Below are positions 62,980-64,000 of a stretch of 64,000 bases of DNA, piece by piece. Origin of the DNA: an uncultured Flavobacteriaceae bacterium (GTDB lineage: Bacteria; Bacteroidota; Bacteroidia; NS11-12g; UBA955); NCBI GenBank assembly GCA_964626685.1, contig CAZVJY010000002.1, positions 128,246 through 192,245 on the forward strand, given 5' to 3'. The stretch's first letter is position 1; each line of letters starts with the position of its first letter. Made by a program: the position numbers and the translations under genes. Under the pieces are notes generated by a model that ran no database searches, was not told the origin of the DNA, and worked only from the letters and a program-made list of their open reading frames with translations.

Positions 62980-64000
62980 TTAGTTACCCGATAAAACAGT
63001 TACCATGCCTGTTTCTGAGCGGATTTTACTACCTGAAATGTGGTTATTAAATAAAAGATAAATCACATAAACATATTGTCCATCAGACACTGTTTCACCC
63101 ATGAATGTTCCATCCCATCCCTCAGTGGCAGGAGCATCATACAATTTTTCACCCCATCGGTTGTAGATACGCATGCGCGATTCTTTCAAAGTGCAATCAC
63201 TGTATTTACAATCCAGGCTTGGTTTGAACACATCGTTTCTGCCATCTTTGTTTCCAGGTGTAAAGGCCGAGGGAATGCAGATTTCACAAATACAATCTAT
63301 TAGGGTCACATCCACGGAATCGTTGCGGGTACCACAATAGCCTGTAGTAGTAAGCAGGATTTTACTGCTGTTTCGAAAAATTGCAACCGGGCCTGAAGTC
63401 CCATCGCTCCATCGGTAGCTATAAATCCCATTACCCGGCTGAGCTCCATTCAGTATGAAGCCATTGCCCCTGCAACCCATTATTGTTCTCTCTAAAACCC
63501 TTTGCGGGCGGGATTGTAAAACTATTTCAAATGAATCCTTGCGCATGCCACAGGAATCTGTGTAATTCAGAAAAAATTTACCCGGTTTATAGAATTTCTT
63601 TATGTGAGCAGTATCACCATCAGACCAAGTTATTTTAACAGCATGGTTTTGGGTGTTTTGAATAAATACAAACGGGGTATCGCAAATGGTGGTGTCCCGC
63701 AAGGCAAAAGAGGGCCCTGCAGGCGCAGCTGCGTACAGTGTATCCCGTCTGCTGCCGCAGGCATCGGAGGTAACAAGTATATACACACCCGGTTTATTGA
63801 TTATTCGCTGTGGATGTACAATTCCATCGGTCCAGTAATAACTATAACTAAAACCAAGCGACTGTGACCCATTTATTACAATGGAAGAACCCGGGCAAAG
63901 GGATACTTTACTGGGCAAAACCTTGACCATTGGGGGGTAATTCTTGATTTCAAATGTATCACGATAGGTTCCGCAGCTATTGGAAAGAAACAAGTGAAAA
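62980..64000 (-). CDS. T9SS type-B CTD protein, C-terminal part (N-terminus beyond window end)
   Basis: The frame is open to the window edge. The C-terminus CICEICIPSAFTPGNKDGRNDVF...YNRWGEKLY is the type-B CTD. The ORF-track Met at 63993 is probably internal. Confidence 0.7.
   Translation of the reverse strand, partial: FHLFLSNSCGTYRDTFEIKNYPPMVKVLPSKVSLCPGSSIVINGSQSLGFSYSYYWTDGIVHPQRIINKPGVYILVTSDACGSRRDTLYAAAPAGPSFALRDTTICDTPFVFIQNTQNHAVKITWSDGDTAHIKKFYKPGKFFLNYTDSCGMRKDSFEIVLQSRPQRVLERTIMGCRGNGFILNGAQPGNGIYSYRWSDGTSGPVAIFRNSSKILLTTTGYCGTRNDSVDVTLIDCICEICIPSAFTPGNKDGRNDVFKPSLDCKYSDCTLKESRMRIYNRWGEKLYDAPATEGWDGTFMGETVSDGQYVYVIYLLFNNHISGSKIRSETGMVTVLSGN

Overview
The window reads as a conserved core-genome segment from a Bacteroidota chromosome, probably Chitinophagia or Sphingobacteriia. 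The clues are three T9SS type-B C-terminal-domain proteins, PorP/SprF-like outer-membrane proteins, the ftsX-DUF3098-uppP synteny, and an S16 with a long acidic tail. It is densely coded, about 55 genes on both strands, and almost entirely housekeeping. Recognisable genes include the RecJ tail, TerC, rpsP-rimM-trmD, lepA, dprA, yidC, atpDC, an ECF sigma factor, mlaD, an amidase, an LptD-like protein, lysA, secDF, GT9, PolX, Fic, purL, uppP and nnr, plus central metabolism enzymes (leucine dehydrogenase, glutamate dehydrogenase, a homocysteine methyltransferase domain protein, psd). I found no rRNA, tRNA, CRISPR, transposase, integrase or recognisable defence island, so I do not claim a new system. 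The most unusual items are modest. One is a small secreted Cys/Lys/Ala-rich protein with a 45-nt coding tandem repeat. Another is a giant T9SS adhesin paired with a PorP/SprF protein that carries a SPOR-like C-terminus. A third is an uncharacterised lipoprotein translationally coupled to an outer-membrane protein, divergent from rpsP. A fourth is an ECF sigma factor beside a lone lycopene-cyclase-domain gene, with a repeated TGTTTAACTTTT motif in its leader. Last are two Tat-signal-bearing enzymes of families that are normally cytoplasmic. Every functional call below is by eye from sequence motifs, without database searches.
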